Source: Verrucomicrobiales bacterium
GTDB taxonomy: Bacteria > Verrucomicrobiota > Verrucomicrobiia > Limisphaerales > JAYPEY01
Direction of reading: 5' to 3'
DNA length: 64,000 nucleotides
Assembly: GCA_038126035.1 (NCBI GenBank)
Contig: JAYPEY010000006.1
Coordinates: 44,611 to 108,610 of the forward strand
In this document: positions 18,313 through 27,591 of the stretch, one piece after another
Numbering within the stretch: the stretch's first letter is position 1
How the letters are laid out: the number at the start of each line of letters is the position of its first letter
Made by a program: the position numbers and the translations under genes
Notes under the pieces: generated by a model
The model's input: the letters and a program-made list of their open reading frames with translations, nothing else
Databases searched by the model: none
Told to the model about the DNA's origin: nothing

Positions 18313-21300
18313 AACACGCGCTCGGCATTGCACGACTGACCATCCCCTTCGCTGCGCTCACCCTTTCCACCCATGCGTCACCGCGTTTCAACACCGAAGT
18401 CCGCCCCATCCTCGCGGCCAACTGCTTCAAGTGCCACGGTCCGGACGACAAGACCCGCGACGCCGGACTCCGACTCGACACCCAGACCGGCGGACACGAG
18501 GCCATCCAACCCGGCGATCCTTCCGCGAGCGAGTTGTTCAAGCGCATCACCCATGAGGATCCGGACGAGCGCATGCCGCCGCCCGAATCCAAGTTCACCC
18601 TGACCGACGCGCAGATCGAAACCCTGCGCAAGTGGATCGAAGCAGGCGGAAACTACGAGGCGCACTGGGCCTTCATCCCGCCGAAGCAGACCGACCCGCC
18701 ATCGGTCGCCGACGAATCCTGGATCCGCAATCCCATCGACCGCTTTGTGCTGGCCCGGCTTGAGCGCGAGGGTTTGACGCCGTCGAAGGAGGCGGACCGT
18801 TACGCGCTCATCCGTCGGCTCACCCTCGATCTCACCGGCCTGCCGCCGACTCTCGGGGAGACCGACGCCTTCGTGAATGACAAGGATCCCTTGGCCTATG
18901 AGAAGGTCGTCGATCGTCTGCTCAAGTCGCCGCGCTACGGCGAACGCTGGGCGCGCCTGTGGCTCGACCTCGCGCGCTACGCCGACACCAATGGCTACGA
19001 GAAGGACCGCGAACGCTCCATCTGGCCCTACCGCGACTGGGTCATCCGCGCGCTCAATGACGACATGCCCTTCGATCAGTTCTCCATCGAGCAACTTGCC
19101 GGCGACATGCTGCCCAACGCCACGCTCGATCAACGCGTCGCCACCGGCTTCCACCGCAACACGATGATGAACGAGGAGGGCGGCATCGATCCGCTCGAGT
19201 ATCGTTTCTATGCGATGGTCGACCGCGTCAACACGACCGGCTCGATCTGGTTCGGCATGTCGGTCGGCTGCGGCCAGTGCCACACGCATAAATACGACCC
19301 CATCACGCAGACCGACTACTACGAGATGATGGCGTATCTCAACAACGCCGACGAACCCGACCTCGCAGTGGTCGACGAATCGATCCAAGAAAAACGCGCC
19401 GATATCGAGGCCCGCGTCGCGAAGCTCGAATCCGAACTCCCCGGGCATTTCCCTCCCGCGAAGGGCGCGCCGGCGGAGGCCCGATATCGTGCCGCCAATC
19501 TGAACACGAAGCTCGCCGAATGGACCGCGAAGGAGACGAAAAGCGCCACCGATTGGACGACCCTTCTTCCGACCGGGATGAAGACCAACCTGCCGAAGTT
19601 GGAGACGCTCGAGGATGGTTCCATCCTCTCCACCGGCGACATCACCAAGCGCGATGTCTTCGATTTCAAGTTCAAGCTCGCCGGATTCAAGGCGCCGATC
19701 ACCGCGCTTCGTCTCGAGGTCCTGCCCGACGAACGTCTGCCCGCCAACGGTCCCGGCCGTTGTTACTACGAGGGCCGCAAGGGCGACTTCTTTCTCAGCG
19801 AGTTCAAGGCCGTCGCCAACGGCAGGCCGCACACGTTCAAGGGCGGTTCGCACAGCTTCGGCAAAATCAGCATCGGCTCCGGCAAGGCCGACGCGCCCAA
19901 TGTCTACGATCGCGACGGCTCCACCGGCTGGTCCACTTCGACCCAGCAGGGCAAGCCGCATCAGCTTGTGTTGAACCTGAAGGAACCCATTCCGGCCGGC
20001 GCGGAACTGAAGATCGAGATGCTCTTCGAACGCCACTTCGCCGCCAGCCTCGGCCGCTTCAGACTGTCCGCCACAACCGCAACCGGCGAGGTGAAGGCCT
20101 CCAAACTCCCGGTTGAAATCGAGGCCGCCTTGGCCAAAGGGAACAAACGAACCGACGCCGACAAGGCGCAGTTGAAGAAGCATTTCCTCTCGGTCGCGCC
20201 GGAGCTCGCCGCGAAGCGCAAGGAGATCGAGAACCTCCGCAAGTCGCTGCCCGCGGCGCCGGAGACCATGGTCCTGCTGGAGCGGCCCGCGGACAATCCG
20301 CGTCCCACGCACCGTCATCATCGCGGCGAGTATCTCAAGGCCGAGGAGAAGGTCGCGCCGGGCTTGGTCGAGGCCCTCTCCTCGGTGACCGAGCGCGTGC
20401 CGAAGAACCGGTTGGAATTTGCGCGCTGGCTGGCCAGCGAACAGAACCCGCTCGCCGCCCGCGTCACGGTCAACCGCGCCTGGCAGGCGATCTTCGGCCG
20501 TGGCATCGTCAGCACGGTTGATGACTTCGGCACGCAGGGCGAGGCCCCGTCGCATCCGGAATTGTTCGACTGGCTGGCGGTGGAATTCATGAACCGCGGC
20601 TGGTCGTTCAAGGAGCTGCACCGCCTGCTCGTCACCAGCGCCGCCTATCGCCAGTCGTCGAAGGTTGCCGCCGAACTTCACGCGCGGGATCCCGAAAACA
20701 TCCTGCTCGCGCGCGGCCCGCGTTTCCGGGTCGAGGCCGAGACCGTCCGCGACATCGCCCTTGCCGCCAGTGGATTGCTCAGCCGCAAGATGGGCGGCCC
20801 GGGTGTCTATCCGCCGCAGCCCGCGAGCGTCACCGGTCTCGCCTACGGCAAGACCAAGTGGAGCGTGTCGGCGGGCGGCGATCGTTATCGCCGGTCGCTC
20901 TACACCTTCGTCAAGCGCACCGCCCCCTTCGCCGCCTACCTCGCCTTCGACGGACCGACCGGTGAAAACTGCATCCCGAAGCGCAATCGCAGCAACACCC
21001 CGCTGCAGGCTCTGACCCTGCTCAACGACGAAATGTTCTACGAAGCCGCGCGCGAATTCGGCCGGACCGCCATCGTCGACAACGCCACGCCCGCACAAGC
21101 CGCCGAGACCATCTTCCGTCGTTGCCTCACCCGTCCGCCTTCCGAGAACGAGTTGAAGCGCATCCTGGAATACCGCAACACGCAGTTGGCGCGGTTGAAG
21201 AAGGGCGAACTCGACGCGCGGAAAATCAACGGCGCGAACTCAGCCAACGCCGATCAGGCCGCCTGGACCTTGGTGGCGCGCGCCATCCTCAATCTCGATG

Positions 21301-21320
21301 AAACCATCACGAAGCAATGA
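18285..21320 (+). CDS. PSCyt (Planctomycete cytochrome C) / DUF1549 / DUF1553 protein
   Basis: 'CFKCHGPD' CxxCH, 'NPIDRFVLARL', 'LDLTGLPPT', 'GCGQCHTHKYDP' and 'FDGP..C..R..SNTPLQAL'. The start is uncertain: TTG at 18285 or 18267 gives a signal peptide, while ATG at 18081 overlaps the sulfatase stop. Confidence 0.85.
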   Translation: MELGIWSFWKHALGIARLTIPFAALTLSTHASPRFNTEVRPILAANCFKCHGPDDKTRDAGLRLDTQTGGHEAIQPGDPSASELFKRITHEDPDERMPPPESKFTLTDAQIETLRKWIEAGGNYEAHWAFIPPKQTDPPSVADESWIRNPIDRFVLARLEREGLTPSKEADRYALIRRLTLDLTGLPPTLGETDAFVNDKDPLAYEKVVDRLLKSPRYGERWARLWLDLARYADTNGYEKDRERSIWPYRDWVIRALNDDMPFDQFSIEQLAGDMLPNATLDQRVATGFHRNTMMNEEGGIDPLEYRFYAMVDRVNTTGSIWFGMSVGCGQCHTHKYDPITQTDYYEMMAYLNNADEPDLAVVDESIQEKRADIEARVAKLESELPGHFPPAKGAPAEARYRAANLNTKLAEWTAKETKSATDWTTLLPTGMKTNLPKLETLEDGSILSTGDITKRDVFDFKFKLAGFKAPITALRLEVLPDERLPANGPGRCYYEGRKGDFFLSEFKAVANGRPHTFKGGSHSFGKISIGSGKADAPNVYDRDGSTGWSTSTQQGKPHQLVLNLKEPIPAGAELKIEMLFERHFAASLGRFRLSATTATGEVKASKLPVEIEAALAKGNKRTDADKAQLKKHFLSVAPELAAKRKEIENLRKSLPAAPETMVLLERPADNPRPTHRHHRGEYLKAEEKVAPGLVEALSSVTERVPKNRLEFARWLASEQNPLAARVTVNRAWQAIFGRGIVSTVDDFGTQGEAPSHPELFDWLAVEFMNRGWSFKELHRLLVTSAAYRQSSKVAAELHARDPENILLARGPRFRVEAETVRDIALAASGLLSRKMGGPGVYPPQPASVTGLAYGKTKWSVSAGGDRYRRSLYTFVKRTAPFAAYLAFDGPTGENCIPKRNRSNTPLQALTLLNDEMFYEAAREFGRTAIVDNATPAQAAETIFRRCLTRPPSENELKRILEYRNTQLARLKKGELDARKINGANSANADQAAWTLVARAILNLDETITKQ

Positions 21321-21465
21321 GAGGCGGAGTGACAAGAGAATGGAGACACAGGAATGAGCGAATGAATTGCCATCCAAGCAAATTCCTTTGTCTTCATTCC
21401 CTTGTCGGACTGCGCGCCCGGATTCCGAATGACGCCCCCACACGTAGGCCGGGCGCTTCATCGGC

Positions 21466-21675
21466 ATTCAGGCCTGAAAGGCCGGGACAACAAAGCCCAG
21501 GGCAGCGCCCTGGGTATCGGGCCAGAACCGGCAAAGCCCTGAAAGGGCGGGACAATCACAGAGCATATTCCCAAAGCGCGGCTGTCTCGCCCTTTCAGGG
21601 CTGGCTCCCGTGTTCATCCAAGCCCAGGGTTTCACCCTGGGCTTTGTTGTCGTGCCCCGTTGGGGCTGAAAATGA
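21466..21675. repeat. composite palindromic MITE-like element (REP family C, full copy)
   Basis: Nested arms: AGCCCTGAAAGGGCGGGACA / TGTCTCGCCCTTTCAGGGCT; hairpins CCCAGGG-n-CCCTGGG twice; outer GGACAACAAAGCCCAGGG / CCCTGGGCTTTGTTGTCG. Confidence 0.8.
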
Positions 21676-21743
21676 CCATCTGACATTCGCGCGGGCGCCG
21701 TTTGTAAGTTGCATCATCCGAGGCTACAGCTAGACCGAAGAAT

Positions 21744-22181
21744 ATGGCCGAACTCGCAACATGGCAGATTTGGGTGATCTCCTTGATCCTTGCAACGGTC
21801 GGGGCTGCCGGGATCGTCCTGAGTTACGCGTTCATGGATTGGTACACATACTATCGATTCACTACTCGCGCCCGAAAGACTCCCTGCCCGAATTGCGGTG
21901 CGCTATTCGGAGATGCCGCGGTTGAAGCGATCACTTTCGATCACCGCGAAACTGGTTGTCCAAACACCTCCGTGTTTCGATACCACAAGCCCGGATCGCC
22001 CGTTGTTCCCATTCCTTACCGCGTCGTTAAGTGCGCGCATTGCGAGGCCGAGTTCGACATGGAATCGAACGGAACCGTCCGAGGTCTTTACTCCGGGCGG
22101 AATCCCGGGGAATCACCAGACATCTACAAAGCTCGAATGGAGGAACAGGAACGACTCGAAGCTGCACACACTCACTCATGA
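21744..22181 (+). CDS. hypothetical membrane-anchored zinc-ribbon protein
   Basis: 145 aa with an N-terminal TM segment, then CPNC..(about 60 aa)..CAHC. The stop overlaps the DUF1501 ATG (ATGA at 22178-22181). GC is lower than the neighbours (hand count 63/120). Confidence 0.5.
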   Translation: MAELATWQIWVISLILATVGAAGIVLSYAFMDWYTYYRFTTRARKTPCPNCGALFGDAAVEAITFDHRETGCPNTSVFRYHKPGSPVVPIPYRVVKCAHCEAEFDMESNGTVRGLYSGRNPGESPDIYKARMEEQERLEAAHTHS

Positions 22182-23611
22182 ACACCCAACCACTCACCCA
22201 CCGCACCCGCCGCCAGTTCTTCCACGACTGCGGGATTGGCGTCGGCAAGATCGCGCTGGCTTCGCTCTTGGCCGAGCGCGGTCTGACGCGCTCCGCAACC
22301 GCCGCGCCGACCACGCCCTTTACGCCCAAGCCGACACACTATGCGCCCAAGGCCAAGCGCGTGATCTACCTCTCGATGATCGGCGCGCCCAGCCAGCTGG
22401 AGCTGTTCGACAACAAGCCCAAGCTGCGCGAACTCGACGGCAAGCCCATCCCGCCCTCCGTCATCGCCGGCCAACGCTACGCCTTCATCCAGCCCGACGC
22501 CGCCGTGCTGGGCCCGCGGTTCAAGTTTCAGAAGCACGGCCAGAGCGGTCAGGAGCTTTCCGAAGTCCTGCCCCACCTGGGCAAGGTCGCCGATGAGATT
22601 GCGGTCGTGCGTTCGCTCCACACCGATCAATTCAATCATTCCCCCGCGCAGTTGTTCTTCAACACGGGCAGTCCGATTCCCGGCCGTCCGGCGATGGGCT
22701 CCTGGCTCAGCTACGGCATCGGCAGCGAGGCCAACGACCTGCCGTCCTTCGTCGTGCTCAAGGGCGGCGGCAATGTCAGCGGCGGCGCGGCCATGTGGAG
22801 CTCCGGCTTCCTGCCCTCCAGCCACCAGGGCGTGCCTTTTCGCAGCCAGGGCGATCCGATCCTGCACGTTTCCAACCCCGCCGGTTTCGACAACCGCGCC
22901 CAGCGCGACTCGCTCGATCTCATCGGCGACCTCAATCGCGAGAATCTTGCCGCGGTCGGCGATCCGGAGATCCTGTCCCGCATCAACGCCTACGAGATGG
23001 CCTATCGCATGCAGTCCCGCGCGCCGGAGCTGATGGATTTCAAACAGGAGTCCCAAGCAACGCTCGACATGTATGGCGCCAAGCCCGGCAGCGGCAACTT
23101 CCGGACCAACTGCCTCCTCGCCCGCCGCCTCATCGAACGCGGCGTCCGCTTCGTGCAGGTCTATGAACCGGGCTGGGACCATCACTCCAAGGTGGAGAAC
23201 GGCGTGAAGGCCAAGGCCCGGGCCATCGACCAGGCCTCCGCCGCGCTGCTCAACGATCTGAAGCAACGCGGATTGCTGGAGGACACGCTGATCGTCTGGG
23301 GGGGCGAGTTCGGGCGCACGCCGATGGTCGAAGCCAGCGGCGCATTGAACCGCAGCCAAGGGCGTGACCACCATCCGCAGGCCTTCACCATGTGGTTCGC
23401 CGGCGGCGGCATCAAACCCGGCATCTCACTCGGCGCCACCGACGAACTCGGCTTCCACGTGGTCGATGATCAAGTCCACGTCCACGACGTCCAGGCCACC
23501 ATCCTCCACCTCCTCGGCCTCGACCACGAACGCCTTACCTTCACGCACCAAGGCCGGCCGTATCGTTTGACTGATATTCACGGGCACCTGGTGGAGAAGC
23601 TGTTGGCGTGA
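22178..23611 (+). CDS. DUF1501 protein (sulfatase/alkaline-phosphatase-like) with TAT signal
   Basis: 'MNTQPLTHRTRRQFFHDCGIGVG' twin-arginine signal, 'HTDQFNHSPAQ' and 'GGEFGRTP..GRDHHP'. Confidence 0.9.
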   Translation: MNTQPLTHRTRRQFFHDCGIGVGKIALASLLAERGLTRSATAAPTTPFTPKPTHYAPKAKRVIYLSMIGAPSQLELFDNKPKLRELDGKPIPPSVIAGQRYAFIQPDAAVLGPRFKFQKHGQSGQELSEVLPHLGKVADEIAVVRSLHTDQFNHSPAQLFFNTGSPIPGRPAMGSWLSYGIGSEANDLPSFVVLKGGGNVSGGAAMWSSGFLPSSHQGVPFRSQGDPILHVSNPAGFDNRAQRDSLDLIGDLNRENLAAVGDPEILSRINAYEMAYRMQSRAPELMDFKQESQATLDMYGAKPGSGNFRTNCLLARRLIERGVRFVQVYEPGWDHHSKVENGVKAKARAIDQASAALLNDLKQRGLLEDTLIVWGGEFGRTPMVEASGALNRSQGRDHHPQAFTMWFAGGGIKPGISLGATDELGFHVVDDQVHVHDVQATILHLLGLDHERLTFTHQGRPYRLTDIHGHLVEKLLA

Positions 23612-23613
23612 AC

Positions 23614-23723
23614 CCCCGGACCGCGGCTCTGTGAGCCGTGGCGGCCTTGGAGAGCAAGTCGCCCGGGCATGCCAAAATGCCCGGACTATCGGAGGTTGCT
23701 GCGGGTCACAGACCCGCGATCCG
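23614..23723. repeat. REP family B copy 1 (110-bp element with 17-nt terminal inverted repeats)
   Basis: GGACCGCGGCTCTGTGA ... TCACAGACCCGCG(A)TCC. It starts 3 nt after the DUF1501 stop and is homologous to 25554-25664. Confidence 0.8.
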
Positions 23724-23791
23724 GTATGGTGTCCACACTCCCCACAACCTTTGCCTGACATTCGCGCGCATCCGGTGGATAAACTGGCGAC

Positions 23792-25549
23792 ATGAAAAGC
23801 CCAGTCCCGGCCGCCGCGTTCCGCATCCTTCCGATTACCGCCGCAATCCTCGCATCGAATCTCCCCCTGCCCCCGGCCGCAAACGCCGCTCCGGCCGACT
23901 GGCGCGCGGAGAAGCGCGTCATCGATCTCCATGTGCACCTGGGCACGCGCGACGCCAACGTGCAACGCGCCGTCGGGATCATGGACCGCGCGGGCATCGG
24001 GATCGGGGTCAATCTCAGCGGCGGCTACGTGACGCATTCACCCGGTAAGGAATCCTCCTTCCAACGCAACCAGGCGCGGGCGGACCGTTTGTTTCCCGGG
24101 CGCTTCGTCCATTACTTCAATCTCGACTACTCGCGCTGGAATGAGCCGGACTTTTCCGAATGGGCGGTGCGACAGGTGGAGGAGGCGCATCGCCTCGGCG
24201 CGGCCGGCTTGAAGGAATACAAGCGCCTTGGTCTCTACCTGCGCGACAAGAACAACAGGCTCATCACGGTCGACGATCCCAAGCTCAACCCGGTCTGGAA
24301 GAGCTGCGGTGAACTCGGCCTGCCGGTGTCGATCCACATCTCCGATCCCAAGGCCTTCTGGCTGCCCTACAATGCGAAGAACGAGCGCTGGACCGAGTTG
24401 AAGGACCACAAGTCCTGGTGGTTCGGCGACCCGAAGAAGTACCCCTCCCGCGAGGAACTGCTGGAGGCGCGCAACCGCGTCATCGCCCGGCATCCGAAGA
24501 CAACCTTCGTCTGCGTCCACTTCGCCAACAATCCCGAGGACATCGACCAGGTCGGCGAGTGGCTCGACAAGTACCCCAACATGATGGCCGACCTCGCGGC
24601 CCGTGTGCCGGAAATCGGCCGCCACGATCCGAAGAAGGTGCGCGACCTGTTCGTGCGGCATCAGGATCGGATCCTCTTCGCGACCGACTTCATGGTCTAC
24701 AGCAAGCTCATCCTGGGCTCCGGCGGCGACAACGAGAAACCCACCGACGACGACGCGGTCGAATTCTATGAGAAACATTGGCGCTGGATGGAGTCCAGGG
24801 ACCGGCAGTTCAAGCACATGACGCCAATCCAGGGCGAGTGGAAGATCGACGCAATCGATCTGCCGCCCGCCGTCGCGCGGAAGATCTACTTCGACAACGC
24901 CCGCCGTTTGTTGGTCCGCGCACTGCCGCCGCCAACCGCGCGCGCCGCGAGGATCAAATCAGACTTCGAACTGAGCGGCGATCTTTCGAACGAAACCTGG
25001 AAGCGCGCGAAGTCGGTCCGCATCGAACAGGGCCTGCTGAGTGGCGCCGCGAAGACGGAACAATCCACGGAGGTCCGCATCCTTTGGAGCGACCGTTATC
25101 TCTACCTGGGCTACCGCGCGCCGTTCACGAAGTTGACCGTCTTCGATCCGCCGATCACCGACCGCGAGCGGGAAGGACTCTGGGATCGCGACGTGGTCGA
25201 GGCGTTCATCGGTCCGGATCTGAAGAACATCAACCGCTACACCGAGTACGAGGTCGCCCCGACCAACGAGCGACTGGATCTCGACCTGAGCCTGCCCGAC
25301 AAGCGGCTGGGCTGGGACAGCGGGTTTGCCTCGGCCGTGAAGGTGGATCGGGAGAAGCGGATCTGGACAACGGAGATGCGGATTCCCTTGGCCGCCATCA
25401 GCGGCGCGAAGCCGGAGGTCGGAACGCGCTGGCGGCTGAATCTCTACCGCAACAACCGGGCCGGAAAGGCCTTCCTCGCCTGGAGCCCGACGGGTGTGCG
25501 CACCGCCCATTATCCTGAGCGGTTCGGGTTCTTGGAGTTTGGGGAGTAG
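23792..25549 (+). CDS. amidohydrolase-family (TIM-barrel metal hydrolase) protein with C-terminal CBM9-like domain
   Basis: Signal peptide, then 'VIDLHVHLGTRD' and 'ILFATDF'. The C-terminal 'YTEYEVAPTNERLDLDL..RWRLNLYR' resembles carbohydrate-binding family 9. Confidence 0.75.
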   Translation: MKSPVPAAAFRILPITAAILASNLPLPPAANAAPADWRAEKRVIDLHVHLGTRDANVQRAVGIMDRAGIGIGVNLSGGYVTHSPGKESSFQRNQARADRLFPGRFVHYFNLDYSRWNEPDFSEWAVRQVEEAHRLGAAGLKEYKRLGLYLRDKNNRLITVDDPKLNPVWKSCGELGLPVSIHISDPKAFWLPYNAKNERWTELKDHKSWWFGDPKKYPSREELLEARNRVIARHPKTTFVCVHFANNPEDIDQVGEWLDKYPNMMADLAARVPEIGRHDPKKVRDLFVRHQDRILFATDFMVYSKLILGSGGDNEKPTDDDAVEFYEKHWRWMESRDRQFKHMTPIQGEWKIDAIDLPPAVARKIYFDNARRLLVRALPPPTARAARIKSDFELSGDLSNETWKRAKSVRIEQGLLSGAAKTEQSTEVRILWSDRYLYLGYRAPFTKLTVFDPPITDREREGLWDRDVVEAFIGPDLKNINRYTEYEVAPTNERLDLDLSLPDKRLGWDSGFASAVKVDREKRIWTTEMRIPLAAISGAKPEVGTRWRLNLYRNNRAGKAFLAWSPTGVRTAHYPERFGFLEFGE

Positions 25550-25553
25550 GGCG

Positions 25554-25664
25554 CCCCGGACCGCGGCTCTGTGAGCCGCAGCGATCTTGGAGAGGAAGTC
25601 GCTTGGGCATGCTTCATTCCCTCGGCATCCGGAGGCTGCTGCGGGTCACAGACCCGCGGTCCGA
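25554..25664. repeat. REP family B copy 2
   Basis: GGACCGCGGCTCTGTGA ... TCACAGACCCGCGGTCC. It starts 5 nt after the amidohydrolase stop. Confidence 0.8.
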
Positions 25665-25710
25665 GAATACCTGCACCTTCTGCAGCGGGGCCGCACGCTG
25701 TCGGAAACGT

Positions 25711-25965
25711 CCCTTTCGAACCCGAAGGGTTCATAGCCTCGGTAGCCGTGGGTTGAGCGGAGCGACACCCACGGAATGGTCATCAATCGGATCTGCATCC
25801 CGAAGGGATGCCAGCGGAGTCGAGAACTGGCGTAGCGCGTGGAACCAGAGCGGCTGCGACCCCGTTCGAGGTCGTTTCCTTGGTGGGCGCAGAACCCCGG
25901 GTGTCGCCCGCGCGGCGGGCTCAACCCGGGGCTACAGGGCTGTCAACGCTTCGCGTTGGAATGAG
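25711..25965. repeat. multi-hairpin REP-like block
   Basis: Serial hairpins CCCTTTCGAACCCGAAGGG, CCGTGGGT..ACCCACGG, GCATCCCGAAGGGATGC and ACCCCGGGTG..CAACCCGGGG. No credible ORF. Confidence 0.6.
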
Positions 25966-26206
25966 TCCGACATTTCCAAAACGCTGTCGCGCAACCGAAT
26001 GCCCCATACGTCCATAGAACTCTCACTGTGCGATCGCATACCCGTCTCCACAGCTGCGACCAATTGCGGTTGCCTCTCAACAACTTCGGGAAGGAACACC
26101 GCCACGTTTCCGCTTCAAATCGAAACCATCGGATGACAGGCTTTGCCGCAATCCCTGCGAACGGATTGCGCTGTTGAGTCACGATCCTCAACCTCCAACA
26201 CCCGCC

Positions 26207-27568
26207 ATGAAAACACCCTCTGAACCCAAGCAACCGAACCGCCGTCAGTTTCTCAAGAAGACCGGCGCCGTCACCGCCACCTCGGCGTTGCTCGCCAGCC
26301 TGCCGCGCAATGTCTTCGCCGCGGACGACAACAGCATCCGCCTCGCCTTCATTGGCTGCGGCAATCGCGGCGCGGGCGCGGTCGTCAACGCCCTGTCCGT
26401 GCCCGATGGCGAACAGGTGAAGCTCCACGCCATGGCCGACCTGCATCCCGAGCCGATGGAGGAGAAGCACAAGGCCTTGAAACGCCAGTTCGGCGATCGC
26501 ATCGATGTCTCCCTCGGCATGCGCTTCACGGGCTTCGACGCCTACAAGGCCGCCATCGACACCCTGCGCCCCGGCGACATCGCCATGTGCACGACACGCG
26601 CCTACATCCGACCGGCCCATGTGGAGTACGCGGTCGAGAAGGGCGTGAACGTCTTCATGGAGAAACCCTTCGCCTGCGATCCCGGCGGATTGAAGCGGCT
26701 GCTCCGCGCCGTTGAGATGGCGGAGAAGAAGGGCGTGAAGATCGCGGCCGGCCTGCAATGCCGGCACTCACCCGCGCGCCAGGCAATGATCCGCAAGATC
26801 CGCGACGGCGAACTCGGCGACATCCAGCTCATCCGCGCCAACCGCCTCGGCGGACGTCGTTGGATGAAGTCGCAGGGCGAAAAAGGCTTCAAGCTCACCG
26901 AGCAGATCAAGTTCGGGAAGATCCAGCTGCTCTGGATCGGGTCCGGGCACATGGTCGACAACCTGATCCATCAGATTGACGAGTGCTGTTGGATCAAGGA
27001 TTCGTGGCCGGTGTCCTGCAGGGCCATGGGCGCCCGCGAGGTTGGCAGCACGGATTGCGGCCAGAACCTTGATGTCTATTCCATGGAATACACCTTCGCC
27101 GACGGCACGAAGGCGCTCTGCGGTTTCCGCCGACAACACAAGGCCCTGACCGACTTCACCACCTTTCTCCACGGCACGAAGAAGGCGGCGCAGTTCTCCG
27201 GCCTCGTTCACAAGGCCACCGTGCATCTCTTCAAGGACCAGCGCATCAGCCGGCCGAATGTCGAATGGACCCCGACCGACGACGCGCTCCCACCCTGGCA
27301 GTACGAGTGGAACGAATTCATCGAGAGCATCCGCAAGGACCGCCCGCACAACGAAGGCCGCCGCGCGGTCTACTCCGACTATGCGTCGCTGATGGGACGC
27401 GCGGCGGCGCACACCGGCGTCGAAGTGACTTGGGAAGAGATGCTGGCGTCCAACTTCCAGTTCTGCGACTACCACGACAAGCTGGACTACAACAGCGAGG
27501 TCCCCGTGAAGCCGGACGAGAACGGACAGTTCCCCGTGCCAAGGCCTGAGGACTGGAAGGAAACCTGA
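26207..27568 (+). CDS. Gfo/Idh/MocA-family oxidoreductase with TAT signal
   Basis: 'NRRQFLKKTGAVTATSAL' followed by the Rossmann motif 'IRLAFIGCGNRGAGA'. ATG at 26207. Confidence 0.85.
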   Translation: MKTPSEPKQPNRRQFLKKTGAVTATSALLASLPRNVFAADDNSIRLAFIGCGNRGAGAVVNALSVPDGEQVKLHAMADLHPEPMEEKHKALKRQFGDRIDVSLGMRFTGFDAYKAAIDTLRPGDIAMCTTRAYIRPAHVEYAVEKGVNVFMEKPFACDPGGLKRLLRAVEMAEKKGVKIAAGLQCRHSPARQAMIRKIRDGELGDIQLIRANRLGGRRWMKSQGEKGFKLTEQIKFGKIQLLWIGSGHMVDNLIHQIDECCWIKDSWPVSCRAMGAREVGSTDCGQNLDVYSMEYTFADGTKALCGFRRQHKALTDFTTFLHGTKKAAQFSGLVHKATVHLFKDQRISRPNVEWTPTDDALPPWQYEWNEFIESIRKDRPHNEGRRAVYSDYASLMGRAAAHTGVEVTWEEMLASNFQFCDYHDKLDYNSEVPVKPDENGQFPVPRPEDWKET

Positions 27569-27591
27569 GCGCGGGGTGCGTTTGAATAGAT

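Noticed and set aside
23763-23775. DnaA-box-like GGTGGATAA, and CATCCACAA at 51970
   Set aside because: These are single 7-8/9 matches with no clustering and no AT-rich unwinding element. That is insufficient to propose oriC in this window.
25943-26767. 274-aa minus-strand ORF across the REP block and the oxidoreductase 5' end
   Set aside because: It is antisense to the Gfo/Idh/MocA gene and runs through repeat hairpins. It has no start context and no recognisable motifs.
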